Positions 27,097 through 36,450 of a stretch of DNA of 64,000 nt are shown in pieces. The notes beneath the pieces are model-generated. The model worked only from the letters and a program-made list of their open reading frames with translations, ran no database searches and was not told the origin of the DNA. The position numbers and the translations under genes were made by a program. The stretch is taken from the sequence record MZ443771.1. One strand, given 5' to 3'. The first letter of the stretch is position 1. Each line of letters opens with the position of its first letter.

Positions 27097-27474
27097 ATGA
27101 TTGTCATTTGTAACAGTTCAAAACAGTTTTGTGCTGATCGCCTAGCACATGGGGATGCTTTTGTTTTTGGGAAGACACGCATGTTACTACGTGCTGACTT
27201 CATCGTCCTGACCGACAAGAACAATTGCTTCTATGTAGTACGCAAATCTGATGTTGTTTGGGCTCCCGAGCTTACGGGTGCGACGCATGTGATTAAAATC
27301 CGGGCGTTCGCCCAGATTAAGCCGTTCGAACTTAACGCAGCATGTCCTCAGTTCAATAGCCGTGTGTTTGGAACAATCGCGTTCCGTAACCCACACTTCG
27401 AACATAGACTTAGCGGTCTAAACTATGTAGAGACAATCTTCGGAGGTTTACATGGCACGGTATCATGTGTTTAG
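27097..27474 (+). CDS. Hypothetical protein
   Basis: Co-oriented ORF. Confidence 0.65.
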   Translation: MIVICNSSKQFCADRLAHGDAFVFGKTRMLLRADFIVLTDKNNCFYVVRKSDVVWAPELTGATHVIKIRAFAQIKPFELNAACPQFNSRVFGTIAFRNPHFEHRLSGLNYVETIFGGLHGTVSCV

Positions 27475-27703
27475 CGCTACCCACAAATACTACGGCGAAG
27501 CATATCAAGGTACGTGGCTGAAAGAGATCGCTCTCAACGGCCAGCAAGTATCAGAAGCCGAGTTTAAAGACTTCGAGACCGCAAAGGAATGCGCGGATAA
27601 GTTACATCAGGTTTGCGACATAGGGTGGATCGTCTATAACGCTTTTTCAGAAAGAGCGATGTACGACACCCGTACTGAAAGCCAAGAGTCTGTAAATAAC
27701 TAG
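27452..27703 (+). CDS. Hypothetical protein
   Basis: SD GGAGG. Confidence 0.7.
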   Translation: MARYHVFSATHKYYGEAYQGTWLKEIALNGQQVSEAEFKDFETAKECADKLHQVCDIGWIVYNAFSERAMYDTRTESQESVNN

Positions 27704-27775
27704 CAGGCTCGCCTGCACTTCTACTCAACGTGGAGCTTACGGGCTTCACAAAATTCACTATCAATGAGGTTCAAA

Positions 27776-28288
27776 ATGAAATTCACTTCAATCGCTATCG
27801 CACTGGTCATGGCTGCTTCTTCTGCTAACGCTGCAAACTTCAAAGCGCCAGCTCCTGCTGCGGGCATGGAGTCTTCCGGCATGACTATCTCTGACAAACT
27901 GGACGACTCTTGCCTGAGCAAGCTCGCTGCTGCATCTGACCTGCGTGGCGCTGTTGTTGACTTCGCTGTGTCGCGTGATGCTATCGACACGGTAGCTCTT
28001 TGGCCTCTCGTCTGTGCGCCGACTGTCGAATCAAAATCAATCGACGTTGAGCGCTCCGGCGCTGACATGACTCTGACGTACATCAACAAAGATGCGACGA
28101 TGCCCAAACTCGTTCTGGTGCTGCAACGTGTCAAGTCTGAAAACGACGACGATGCACCTGCGTATCAAGTTGTTCAGGTCGGTGATATGAATGCTATGGG
28201 TTATGAAGAACAGGCCGCCGTCAAAGACTGGCTGCTTGATTGCTATGCAGCTACCGTACAAGATGACCTGACGGTGGTACTGAACTAA
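27776..28288 (+). CDS. Exported protein with Sec signal peptide
   Basis: MKFTSIAIALVMAASSANA|A signal pattern; SD GAGG. Confidence 0.75.
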   Translation: MKFTSIAIALVMAASSANAANFKAPAPAAGMESSGMTISDKLDDSCLSKLAAASDLRGAVVDFAVSRDAIDTVALWPLVCAPTVESKSIDVERSGADMTLTYINKDATMPKLVLVLQRVKSENDDDAPAYQVVQVGDMNAMGYEEQAAVKDWLLDCYAATVQDDLTVVLN

Positions 28289-28596
28289 TGCCAAAGAAGG
28301 ATATGTCTGCGTTCAATGCGCAACGCACTTTAATAAACAAAGCCGCATCAACTCCCGCAGATTGGGAAACGTTCAAACAAATGTTACTCAATCTGCGTCT
28401 GGCTGTTGCTGTTGAGCCTCGTCCTGATGCTGCTGTACGTCACCTTGCGCGTACATGGTACACTGACGACAAATACCCGCTGCCTGTCTGCAAAGCAACG
28501 CTGTTGAAACTTATGGCGTTGAAGAAGGCTAACCGCAATCTTGAAGAAATGATCGCGCTCTATATTGACCTCGAAGGAGAAACAACTAATGTCTGA
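28288..28596 (+). CDS. Hypothetical protein
   Basis: TAATG coupling. Confidence 0.7.
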   Translation: MPKKDMSAFNAQRTLINKAASTPADWETFKQMLLNLRLAVAVEPRPDAAVRHLARTWYTDDKYPLPVCKATLLKLMALKKANRNLEEMIALYIDLEGETTNV

Positions 28597-29785
28597 TCTG
28601 AATGAACTGTCTGTGGCCGCTCGTCGTCTGTTTGCTAACGGTGATGCTCATGTGCGTGATGCGCTTCGTGCCGTAGCAAACACGGTTATCGCAGACTCTG
28701 CTCGATTCAAGTATGAGTTCTCCGAGCCTGCTGTCGAGTCTGTCTATCGTACTCTCGAAAGTCTGACGTTCTCAGGTGACGGTACGTTGCTTCTGCCCGC
28801 AGATGAAATTTATGCGTTTGACCAGCTTCTGAACAAGAAGTACCGCGACAACTTCTACTCGTCTGTGTGCAACGTTGCGTTCACTCAACGGCAAACCAAC
28901 CCGCGTACTTCAATGCTCGAAGCGTTCCCGCGCAGCAACGAATACATGTGCGAAATTCTGGCTCGCGCATTTGTGTGGGTGCTGATGCAGACTGGACTGG
29001 ATAATCTTCTGGTAAAAGATTGCATCGTTGCTGGTCACACGCGTCTGCCGCAATTCATTATTGCGTTGCAGACAGAAGGCCAGGACGAAGGCTATACCAG
29101 CCTGTTCTCGTTATTCAACCCTCTGTCCGATGATTATCAGGCAGTGTCTGCTACAAACTTCTTCCCAGAAGAATACCGTAAGCAGTTGCTGGCAGAAGCT
29201 ACCGGGAATCTGCCGCCTGAGTACCGAGAAGTTGACAACATGACATTCGAACAACTCGGTGCGCTGTTGACTCGTCTTAACTTGGTAGGCCCAGCGTCTG
29301 CTAAGAAGAAATATCGCTGTGGTTGTGAAGGTGATTGCGAAGATGATTGCGATGCGTCTGGCTCCTCTTACAATAACCTTGAAGACTTCGATGACGCCAG
29401 CGATCTGCGTGACGTCTTCTACAACCACTACGGTTGGCCTGACGACGATATCGAAATTGACGACTCTCTGTGGGTAACTGGTAAGTCGAAGATGAAAGTC
29501 AACATCGACATTCCGGTAGTAACTCTTGCCGAACCTAAAGCTGCGAAAGAGCGTGGCTACAGGTCTAAAAAGATGCCGAAGAAAGCTATGGCTAAGTCCG
29601 GCACTCGTATTGAACTGGACTACACCCAACAACTGTGGCATCCGGTAACTCTCGATACCGAAGGCGCGAATCGCGTGTTTGCTATCACTCTCGTTTCTCG
29701 TCACACGTCTGGTGTCAATCGCGCAGTAGCTACTGCCCGTGAAGCGTTCGCAATTGCCGCCGTACTTGCTGATCTTGACAAATAA
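28589..29785 (+). CDS. Hypothetical protein with Cys/acidic linker
   Basis: SD AAGGAG; CGCEGDCEDDCD segment. Confidence 0.8.
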   Translation: MSDLNELSVAARRLFANGDAHVRDALRAVANTVIADSARFKYEFSEPAVESVYRTLESLTFSGDGTLLLPADEIYAFDQLLNKKYRDNFYSSVCNVAFTQRQTNPRTSMLEAFPRSNEYMCEILARAFVWVLMQTGLDNLLVKDCIVAGHTRLPQFIIALQTEGQDEGYTSLFSLFNPLSDDYQAVSATNFFPEEYRKQLLAEATGNLPPEYREVDNMTFEQLGALLTRLNLVGPASAKKKYRCGCEGDCEDDCDASGSSYNNLEDFDDASDLRDVFYNHYGWPDDDIEIDDSLWVTGKSKMKVNIDIPVVTLAEPKAAKERGYRSKKMPKKAMAKSGTRIELDYTQQLWHPVTLDTEGANRVFAITLVSRHTSGVNRAVATAREAFAIAAVLADLDK

Positions 29786-29830
29786 CTGGACAAACTAGCG
29801 CTTCGATTTGAGGCGCTTTTCTGCTATAAT
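29779..29830 (+). promoter_or_regulatory. Repeated phage promoter
   Basis: CAAATAACTGGACAAACT-28nt-TATAAT with extended TG. Confidence 0.75.
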
Positions 29831-29897
29831 AGCAGCTAGAGCAATATAGCTCTCAACGTCATTTTTAACTATACGTTTATCACGGGAAACTTTTATA

Positions 29898-30200
29898 ATG
29901 TCACGCAAAATTTCACGCAAGAAAGCAGTCGACCTGATGTCCAAAACTTACAACGCAAAACATCCTGAATATCTTCCGCGTCTGTTAGCCGAAGATATGG
30001 ACTCGACTCACCTGTTCGAGTTTCGTGAGATGGTCGTTGCTAAGATTCAGGCTGGCGAAGACCCAACTAAAGTTGTCGATGATATGATCGACACTGCGAT
30101 TCGTGTGACTCAGGTTCGTCGTCGCACCAGCAACGACTACAACCCGAAAATTGCAGACGTACTTACTGACGAACTGCGTGATATGCTCCGTAACCTCTAA
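29898..30200 (+). CDS. Hypothetical protein
   Basis: First ORF after promoter; biased codons. Confidence 0.75.
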   Translation: MSRKISRKKAVDLMSKTYNAKHPEYLPRLLAEDMDSTHLFEFREMVVAKIQAGEDPTKVVDDMIDTAIRVTQVRRRTSNDYNPKIADVLTDELRDMLRNL

Positions 30201-30208
30201 GGATAAAA

Positions 30209-30763
30209 ATGAAAAGCTACGGTTACTTCTATATTCTGAATCACATCGCTATGGCCGTAGATGCACCCAACAAGGAAGTTGGGTTTAAAGCTCTCGTTGA
30301 ACTGGACATGTTCAATCGCGCATCTATCTTCACTCGTCCTGATAGCGAACCACGCGCTGCAAAGCTCGTTCGTGATCTGACAGACGCTATCTATCCGAAG
30401 TCTGCTGATGCAAACCCGACTATCGAGCAACGCATGATGCTTGTGCAAGCGCTGCACGATCAGGAACTCGAATCGATCTTAGGTGACATTCGCTTCTTCG
30501 TGCCGTTCGCGTACACGAAAGAGCAGTTGACCGAGCAGTTCGGTTTCTTCGATACAGGCGAAGCGCTCAACGTGCCGTACTTCTTACGTCACATGTTCAT
30601 GGATGATCAAGCTGTCTTCTGTGACGGCAAGCTGACTAGCTTCGCTCATTCATGTACTCACGGTGAAGTATCTCAGACTGCCCGTCAGTACGGTCTCTTC
30701 CCTGCTCAGGCGTATGGCAAAAACGATATCCCTGAGCGTTACAAACATCTGCCTCTGTTTTAG
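30209..30763 (+). CDS. Hypothetical protein
   Basis: SD AAGGA. Confidence 0.8.
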   Translation: MKSYGYFYILNHIAMAVDAPNKEVGFKALVELDMFNRASIFTRPDSEPRAAKLVRDLTDAIYPKSADANPTIEQRMMLVQALHDQELESILGDIRFFVPFAYTKEQLTEQFGFFDTGEALNVPYFLRHMFMDDQAVFCDGKLTSFAHSCTHGEVSQTARQYGLFPAQAYGKNDIPERYKHLPLF

Positions 30764-30775
30764 GAGACACTGCTC

Positions 30776-31234
30776 ATGGGAGTTGTTCGCGGTATAACAG
30801 CAACCACGTTCCCATCACGGGGACGTGACGAGGGCCAGAAGATTGCTCTCAAGACTCGCTGGGGAATCTACCCAGCAGTCATCGTTCGTCAAGACAACGA
30901 TCAGCCATACAATGAGATATGGAAGATCGATGCGAAGAATCTTCCTCGTCGCTATTTCACCGAGAGCGACGACCTGTTCGTGTCGCGTCATTACATTGAG
31001 AACTACGCCAAGCATTCGCCTATCTGTGCTAAGGGTGAGCTTGAAGGTCAGTTCGTCGATGTAGTGTTTGACTACGACACGGCGAACAAATGCGAGGGCG
31101 TCATCATGACGCATCGTGATCTGCTTTTGGTAATTCTGATTACCACGGGCCCACATTCAGGACGCTACGTCACAGGCAAAGAATGTCAGTACGCACCGCG
31201 ACCTCGTTCCACCAAAGAACTTATCGACAACTAA
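30776..31234 (+). CDS. Hypothetical protein
   Basis: SD AGGAG. Confidence 0.75.
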   Translation: MGVVRGITATTFPSRGRDEGQKIALKTRWGIYPAVIVRQDNDQPYNEIWKIDAKNLPRRYFTESDDLFVSRHYIENYAKHSPICAKGELEGQFVDVVFDYDTANKCEGVIMTHRDLLLVILITTGPHSGRYVTGKECQYAPRPRSTKELIDN

Positions 31235-31244
31235 GGATATAAGA

Positions 31245-31814
31245 ATGCAATTCAAAGTAATGCCAGATCTCGAACGTTTCCCTGACTTCATTATGCCTAA
31301 ACGCGCCACTGCGCATTCTGCTGGGTTTGATTTGTTTGCTCAGGAAGATATGATTATCACTGAACAAACAACTCTGTTCGAGCTGGGCTTCAAAGCTGCC
31401 GTACCCCGCGACTTTAGCGGCGCAAATGATCAGGTACCGAAAGAGTATGTCGGCATCATCTTCCCTCGCAGCGGCCTGGGCGCTAAGTTCAACTGCCAAC
31501 TGTCAAACACTCTGGGCGTTATTGATTGTGATTATCGCGGTCAGTGGATGGCTGCCATGCACCTCGGCGGTAAAGGCACTAAGAGCGGCGCGCTTGAAAA
31601 AGTACGTGCTTTATTACAGCGCGTTGCGCCTGCGGTCGCTTCTCTGGTGTCAGGGCCAGACACTCAACTTGCGCTCCACATCAAACGCGGCGAAGCATTT
31701 GCACAAGTGCTGTTCTTCGAAGTGCCTATGATGGATATCGTTCAGGTGGCCGAGCTGGACGACACTGAGCGCGGCGAGGGTGGCTTCGGTTCTACCACGA
31801 AGTCTCGTGGTTAG
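31245..31814 (+). CDS. dut: Trimeric dUTPase
   Basis: SAGFDL, PRSGLG, GVIDCDYRG, FAQ, TERGEGGFGST (five dUTPase motifs). Confidence 0.95.
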   Translation: MQFKVMPDLERFPDFIMPKRATAHSAGFDLFAQEDMIITEQTTLFELGFKAAVPRDFSGANDQVPKEYVGIIFPRSGLGAKFNCQLSNTLGVIDCDYRGQWMAAMHLGGKGTKSGALEKVRALLQRVAPAVASLVSGPDTQLALHIKRGEAFAQVLFFEVPMMDIVQVAELDDTERGEGGFGSTTKSRG

Positions 31815-32022
31815 TTTCATTGTCATATTGACTGCCTACTATATTGTGGGCGTCATCATTTTTGTGCGGGACGTCATGAGCCTTGACGACGATGATCCAG
31901 CGCTCAAGATTCTCAATCAAACATTGGACAAAGAAAGCGACCGAAGCGTTCTTTGGACGGCAGTGAAGCTGGCAACGTTCATTGTATTCGTGCATATCCC
32001 TATGTGGATTATCCGATTATAG
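31807..32022 (+). CDS. Small membrane protein
   Basis: Two hydrophobic segments; start uncertain. Confidence 0.55.
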   Translation: MVSFIVILTAYYIVGVIIFVRDVMSLDDDDPALKILNQTLDKESDRSVLWTAVKLATFIVFVHIPMWIIRL

Positions 32023-32080
32023 TGATGTTACTCACACGAGGGGCCTTACGTGGGCTCCTCATTATCGTAATATAAACACT

Positions 32081-32395
32081 ATGGCAAAGAAAACTTATCT
32101 GCTACCCCGAGAGCGACCAAGCCCGTTGCCTAACTTACGAGCCTATCTCGCGTATCTCGCCCGGAAGCCAAATGCTAATCGTGAAGTATTAGAATCGTAC
32201 TGCAAAGCAAGTCTGGCCCAGATGCGTCGCAATCGTTTCTTTGTAGGTAAACTCTTTGGCTATAAGGTGTATACGAAGTCGAACAAGCTCGCATACACGG
32301 TTGTGTGGATTGACCCATACAACTATGACTGTCTTGTTCTGAATCATCAAAGGAGAGAAGTAGAGTTCAAAAACCTTTATGGCCTGCTTTTATAG
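32081..32395 (+). CDS. Basic hypothetical protein
   Basis: ATG 32081 after hairpin 32038-32061. Confidence 0.65.
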   Translation: MAKKTYLLPRERPSPLPNLRAYLAYLARKPNANREVLESYCKASLAQMRRNRFFVGKLFGYKVYTKSNKLAYTVVWIDPYNYDCLVLNHQRREVEFKNLYGLLL

Positions 32396-32432
32396 TTAGG
32401 TCCTAGCGCCTTCACACTAGGGGATTCTTCCG

Positions 32433-33113
32433 ATGATAACTGTTCTTAACAATCGTACCGACGAGGTAATTAAACGCCTGAACGTAGCAGTATGGTCTTG
32501 TGTAGCGTTTGCAACTGTATGTCTGATTGCAGTGCTCTTAACGCCAGCAAACGCCAGTATGTCTACAGGCCCTGACAACGCCATTGATATGTCTTCCACC
32601 GTGTCGCTCGATCCCTCCAATCGTGTAGCGACAAAATACAAGGAGATCGAAAAGGCAATTGTAGTCAAAGAGGAACGAAGGCCAAAACGCTATGTAACAC
32701 GCGAGCGCCTCCGACAACTCTATGCGCATCTGCCTCACCCGACTGACTTAGGCAAGCAGATTGATTTGGCCGCAGAGAAGTACAGTGTAGACGCAAAATT
32801 GCTTCTCTCTATCTGCGTCTCCGAGTCGCATCTTCGTGCTAAAGTCAGGAACAAGTCCGGCGCTACTGGCTTATGTCAAGTAATGCCAAAGATGCACGGA
32901 CGTTCTGCACGGGAACTCATGGACTACCGAATCAATCTTGATCAGGCAGCCCAGATAGTAGCAACACTAGACAAGCAGTGTAAAGGTCGTCGTGCTTGTA
33001 TCATTCAGGCATACAACACTGGTTGGGGAGCATATTTAAAAGGTGTGCGTTCACCACAATACTTAGCGAAAGTCCAGACAGAGTATCGCAAAAAGCATAC
33101 TCCTTCTTCCTGA
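32433..33113 (+). CDS. Lytic transglycosylase (SLT family) with N-terminal signal anchor
   Basis: AAEKYSVD..LL.SICVSES, ATGLCQVMP, AYNTG; hydrophobic N-terminal segment. Confidence 0.88.
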   Translation: MITVLNNRTDEVIKRLNVAVWSCVAFATVCLIAVLLTPANASMSTGPDNAIDMSSTVSLDPSNRVATKYKEIEKAIVVKEERRPKRYVTRERLRQLYAHLPHPTDLGKQIDLAAEKYSVDAKLLLSICVSESHLRAKVRNKSGATGLCQVMPKMHGRSARELMDYRINLDQAAQIVATLDKQCKGRRACIIQAYNTGWGAYLKGVRSPQYLAKVQTEYRKKHTPSS

Positions 33114-33127
33114 TAGAGGATATAATA

Positions 33128-33802
33128 ATGAACATGAATATCACCACACTGTACAAGATGCAATTCCAGTTGCTGAAACCTTTCTCGCCTCGTCAGGAGT
33201 ATGCGCTTGTTGTGCTGCTTAATGACAACGTGCGTGATGGTGACGTTGCTGCAATGGCAGAGATAATCGTTCGTGACTACCCGCACGTTGCTCGTCTGTA
33301 TGACGCGTTCGCTGCGGCTAATCAGTATGAAAACGCAGTGCCATTCATCGTGCCTGTGTTGAACTCGGAAGAAGTGACCGAAGAGATCTTCTGCATCCGT
33401 GATCACGCGCTGGTTGTAGCCCCGGAATTACGTGAACTCCTGCAACAGGCTTTATCTCGCGTTGTGATGATGCGTGAAACGCCTGATGAATTGCTGATGC
33501 GTGACGGCATCGAACTGATCTTAGTCGCAGACGCTATTCCACATCTGCTCGGTCAGTTTGTTGACAGTATGCTTGACGCGTACAACTGTGGTGTGTTGCC
33601 AATGGTCGTGCGTCCGACTAAAGGTCAACAGGCGATGCGTGATGATCGTCTGCTGTCCTTCGAGTTGCTGCGCGAACATGATATGTTCTCTGGAAGTCTG
33701 GACTTCACTAAAGCATTACAGCCGAGCGAACGTGCTCGCGTTGTAGCCCAACAACTGCTTGCCCGCTTGCGCAATAACACGCTGCAAGCTGTAACACAAT
33801 AA
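33128..33802 (+). CDS. Hypothetical protein
   Basis: SD GAGGA. Confidence 0.75.
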   Translation: MNMNITTLYKMQFQLLKPFSPRQEYALVVLLNDNVRDGDVAAMAEIIVRDYPHVARLYDAFAAANQYENAVPFIVPVLNSEEVTEEIFCIRDHALVVAPELRELLQQALSRVVMMRETPDELLMRDGIELILVADAIPHLLGQFVDSMLDAYNCGVLPMVVRPTKGQQAMRDDRLLSFELLREHDMFSGSLDFTKALQPSERARVVAQQLLARLRNNTLQAVTQ

Positions 33803-33806
33803 AACA

Positions 33807-33837
33807 AACGGGAGACCTTAACTGGTTTCCCGTTTTT
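33807..33837 (+). terminator. Intrinsic terminator
   Basis: AAACGGGAGACC-TTAACT-GGTTTCCCGTTT then T run. Confidence 0.8.
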
Positions 33838-33862
33838 CATTTCTGCGCAAATTTTTGAGACT

Positions 33863-34813
33863 ATGACAATGACAAAGACTGCTACCTTCCCGTGGAAAAG
33901 TGCCGACCATCGTAACGTGGATTTCGCACTGCGTATCAACAAACTGAATCTGATGGAAACGTGGAACTACGTTAAGGCTAATAACAAGCCTGACGCAGAA
34001 GGTGACGCGCTTCTATCCATGATGCACTACCACTCTACCGAGCACATGCGTCAGGTAACAGTGATTGCTCTCTGGTTGTTAGAGCGTGAGTCAGAACAAG
34101 CATGGCAGTATGACGTCGGTGCGTTACCTCTGGCAGTCGCGTGTATGTTCCACGACATGAATCACTCGCTCGGTAAAACTGACGACGAGCAGAACGTGGC
34201 CGTAGCCCAAGAGGCATTCAAGCAGTATCTCACTGTTACCGAAGATCAGCGTATCATCGATCAACAGGACATTATTCTTGAGCTGATCAAAATCACTCAA
34301 TTCCCGTACTCGAGGACACGTCAGCCGAAGAATCTTGTCGAGCGCTGCATCCGTGATGCGGATATCCTGTACGGTATGCAGGAAGATGTTATCGACTATG
34401 TAATGTTTTCGCTTCGCCGTGAACTGAATCGTCGTCCGAAAACTTCTACGTTGAAGTATGACCGAGAGCAGTGGGCAGCAATGCGCATTGACTTCCTGTT
34501 CTCAATCGAAATCTATACGCCGACAGCCGAAGCAATCATGGGCTGGGAGTTGTCTTCGACCAACGACAATAGCCACGAAGATAAATTGCAGGCGTGGGTG
34601 AGCGATGACCCTGTGTTCTACGTTACCACCGCAAATGCGTTGAAAGCGAATGACGTGTTGTTTATCGACACGCCAGAAGACGCAACGACGAAGCGCCGTC
34701 TGATCGAGCGCATTACAGACATGGGTGTTGGCTTCAACATCTATTTCAATGACGGTGACTCGCTTCATCTGCGCAACGGTGAGAAGTGCGTAGCAGTCGA
34801 AAGACGCAAATAA
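33863..34813 (+). CDS. HD-domain phosphohydrolase
   Basis: YHSTEH...MFHDMNH...IRDAD (H-HD-D arrangement). Confidence 0.8.
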   Translation: MTMTKTATFPWKSADHRNVDFALRINKLNLMETWNYVKANNKPDAEGDALLSMMHYHSTEHMRQVTVIALWLLERESEQAWQYDVGALPLAVACMFHDMNHSLGKTDDEQNVAVAQEAFKQYLTVTEDQRIIDQQDIILELIKITQFPYSRTRQPKNLVERCIRDADILYGMQEDVIDYVMFSLRRELNRRPKTSTLKYDREQWAAMRIDFLFSIEIYTPTAEAIMGWELSSTNDNSHEDKLQAWVSDDPVFYVTTANALKANDVLFIDTPEDATTKRRLIERITDMGVGFNIYFNDGDSLHLRNGEKCVAVERRK

Positions 34814-34858
34814 TAGGCTGAAATCGCCGTACTGTCTAAAGTGCGTTTATGCTACAAT
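34806..34858 (+). promoter_or_regulatory. Degenerate copy of repeated promoter
   Basis: GCAAATAATAGGCTGAAAT-28nt-TACAAT with extended TG. Confidence 0.6.
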
Positions 34859-34890
34859 ATGCGTAGACGCACTAACAAAGAGAAAACGAT

Positions 34891-35595
34891 ATGAAGCCAT
34901 TAAAACGCATCTATATTGGTTCAGATACAAATCTGTTTGCGATTAACGCCATCGTCCATCGAACCGCATTTATGTATTTGGACGTCACGGTACATTCTGA
35001 TACTCGGGGAGACAGGGAAATAAAATTACCTGTGCGTGTCAATCCTGATGTTCCTGCCGAATTACGTATGGCCGGTGTGAGTTATGGTATATACATGCCT
35101 GTATTAGCGTGTCACCCTGCTTCTGATACCGAGTTCCACATTGAGCTGGGTTACACCGATGTTGACGCGAAGCACTTCGACCTGTACAGCCAGAAGTGTA
35201 CGCACTGGGCGTATATGGGGCTGCTGCCGGATGTAGCTACTTCTGATGTGCGTGATGCTCGGTACGTTGCCCCGTTGCGTGTGTACGAAGTACCGAAGCC
35301 ATTCAACATGCCTGCCAGATATCACCACTATCGCAAATACGGCGCATCGTTGCGTACTGACTATCTGCGTACTTCTGCGCTCGATAGCATTGACGATGAA
35401 ACGTGGGCGGCGCTTCTAAGCAAACCTGACCACGGTACTTCATGGTCGCAGTTCTTGAACTCTGTTACTAATGGTCGCTTGACGCCGCATGACGATCTGT
35501 CCGAGTGTCTCGTAGACATTGACCAAGAGTTCATGCCCGAGAACGTCATTAAACGTCTGCGTCTTGCTCAACTCGAAAGACGCCTGAGAGGTTAA
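34891..35595 (+). CDS. Hypothetical protein
   Basis: First ORF after promoter. Confidence 0.75.
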   Translation: MKPLKRIYIGSDTNLFAINAIVHRTAFMYLDVTVHSDTRGDREIKLPVRVNPDVPAELRMAGVSYGIYMPVLACHPASDTEFHIELGYTDVDAKHFDLYSQKCTHWAYMGLLPDVATSDVRDARYVAPLRVYEVPKPFNMPARYHHYRKYGASLRTDYLRTSALDSIDDETWAALLSKPDHGTSWSQFLNSVTNGRLTPHDDLSECLVDIDQEFMPENVIKRLRLAQLERRLRG

Positions 35596-35597
35596 TC

Positions 35598-35828
35598 ATG
35601 ATGCACGATATATACAAGGTGAGTGCTGTCCTGTTCTATCTGCTTGGCGCTATGGCTTTCCTTGCACATATCGTTGGCTTCGTGAAGAACTGGATGAAGA
35701 TAAAAGAGATGCGGCAGAAAGCACAGGCGAAGATTGCTAAAGTGAAAACGCCTCATGAATTGATTAAACGCCGCTTGCGTAAAGCAGAAGAACGCGCACG
35801 GTACCGCCCGCGTAAGATAGGAAATTGA
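35598..35828 (+). CDS. Small membrane protein with basic tail
   Basis: One hydrophobic helix then K/R-rich tail; SD GAGG. Confidence 0.7.
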   Translation: MMHDIYKVSAVLFYLLGAMAFLAHIVGFVKNWMKIKEMRQKAQAKIAKVKTPHELIKRRLRKAEERARYRPRKIGN

Positions 35829-35830
35829 CT

Positions 35831-36139
35831 ATGCCTGTTGTTACTCGCAGTAAACGTCTGGAAGATAAAGTCAAACACGCTGTAGAAATGTGTTGGGATG
35901 AAACTACTACAGACAATGAGGGGCCGAAGACGTATAGTTTCTTGGCCACAACATTTGCACAGGATGGAAAAGAACTGCATGGCAGGGAAGTGCAAATGAT
36001 CAACCATATCCTGAGTGATGCGCGTTACGTTAACCTTTATGGGCGCTACGTGACCGCGTTACAAAAGAGCAAGCACGGTGACAGACTCATATTCCAACCC
36101 GTCGCTGATCTCGAAGACATTATTGAACTGGAGCTGTAA
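35831..36139 (+). CDS. Hypothetical protein
   Basis: SD AGGA. Confidence 0.7.
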   Translation: MPVVTRSKRLEDKVKHAVEMCWDETTTDNEGPKTYSFLATTFAQDGKELHGREVQMINHILSDARYVNLYGRYVTALQKSKHGDRLIFQPVADLEDIIELEL

Positions 36140-36140
36140 C

Positions 36141-36449
36141 ATGGAAAAGATTAAACCTAATCTGCAATATATCCAAACGGTAACGCTGCGTACTCTTGAG
36201 GACATTGCGCAGCGTAAGCGTGAGCGCAATCTTCCGCCTAACACGTCATTCTCTATCAAGCAGTCACATCTGTTCCCTGAGCATGAGATGACGATTCGTA
36301 ATGCAAGCGACATGGCGATCTTTCTATCATCACCGAGTTTGTGTGAAAAGTATGGTCGCTGGGCGATAGCTCCTGAGCGTAATGCACAAGGGGATCGCGT
36401 TGTCGTCTTCGTCCCTGTCCCAGAAATCCCTGATGTTGAGGAGCTGTAA
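36141..36449 (+). CDS. Hypothetical protein
   Basis: SD GGAG. Confidence 0.7.
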   Translation: MEKIKPNLQYIQTVTLRTLEDIAQRKRERNLPPNTSFSIKQSHLFPEHEMTIRNASDMAIFLSSPSLCEKYGRWAIAPERNAQGDRVVVFVPVPEIPDVEEL

Positions 36450-36450
36450 C

